DNA of 64,000 nt from an uncultured delta proteobacterium. Lineage in GTDB: Bacteria; Desulfobacterota; Binatia; Binatales; Binataceae. The translations under genes were made by a program, and so were the position numbers. Shown in pieces: positions 63,625-64,000 of this stretch. How positions within the stretch are numbered: position 1 is the stretch's first letter; each line of letters starts with the position of its first letter. The stretch spans positions 608,864 through 672,863 of the forward strand of contig CAWFDW010000005.1 of assembly GCA_963814715.1 (NCBI GenBank), given 5' to 3'. Under the pieces are notes generated by a model. That model ran no database searches and was not told the origin of the DNA. It worked only from the letters and a program-made list of their open reading frames with translations.

Positions 63625-64000
63625 ATGTCGGCAATGCCGCTGGACGGCGTACGCATCCTCGACTTCACCTGGGTCGTCGCCGGCCCGGTCGCGACGCGCA
63701 TTCTCGGCGACCACGGCGCGCAGGTCGTCAAGGTCGAGCGCAAGAATCCGCCGCCGCTAGGCAATCGCAAGCTCGGCCTGCAATGCGACCTGCATCGCAG
63801 CAAACTTTCCGTCGCGCTCAACATGCAGCATCCGCGCGGCGTCGAACTCGCGCGACGCCTCGCCGCGATGAGCGACATCGTGATGGACAATTTTTCCGCG
63901 CGCGTGATGCGGATGTGGGGGATGGATTACGAAAGTCTCAAAGCGGTGAAGCCCGACATCATCTGCATCAGCATGTCCGGCCTCGGCCACACCGGCCCGC
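63625..64000 (+). CDS. Family III CoA-transferase (CaiB/BaiF), pair 2 second member, 5' part (runs off the right edge)
   Basis: MSAMPLDGVRILDFTWVVAGPVATRILGDHGAQVVKVER...LSVALNMQHPRGVELARRLAAMSDIVMDNFSARVMRMWGMDYESL... Confidence 0.85.
   Translation, partial: MSAMPLDGVRILDFTWVVAGPVATRILGDHGAQVVKVERKNPPPLGNRKLGLQCDLHRSKLSVALNMQHPRGVELARRLAAMSDIVMDNFSARVMRMWGMDYESLKAVKPDIICISMSGLGHTGP

Overview
High-G+C bacterial chromosomal segment; taxon not determinable from the sequence alone. It is densely coded: about 70 protein genes and 2 tRNAs. Most genes are housekeeping: thrS (partial), tRNA-Val, tatA, cstA, lexA, ppdK, glyQS, glnB, plsY, tRNA-Pro, rpe, rlpA, rsmB-fmt-def, priA, aroC-aroK-aroB, lspA-ileS, thiL, larB. 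Accessory content includes two type II toxin-antitoxin pairs (vapC/phd-like, higBA), four family-III CoA-transferases arranged as two tandem pairs, two orphan histidine kinases, several secreted or lipoproteins of unknown function, and a decayed DUF559 element. The most system-like feature is a minus-strand cluster at 24918..28432. It encodes a LuxE-like acyl-protein synthetase followed by a LuxC-like acyl-CoA reductase that runs in-frame into a class-III aminotransferase, which suggests a carboxylate -> aldehyde -> amine module. Two window-wide patterns matter for interpretation. (1) About 45-50 single-nucleotide frame breaks interrupt otherwise well-conserved genes, several at short homopolymers. 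This looks like indel-type assembly error, so I call these genes CDS with frameshifts rather than pseudogenes. (2) At least three families of short dispersed hairpin repeats occupy intergenic regions, and one 25-nt copy lies inside the luxC-like coding sequence. No rRNA, CRISPR array, integrase or transposase was seen. Many long Arg-rich ORFs in the supplied track are antisense shadows typical of high-G+C DNA. All coordinates of frameshifts and alternative starts come from manual translation and are approximate.
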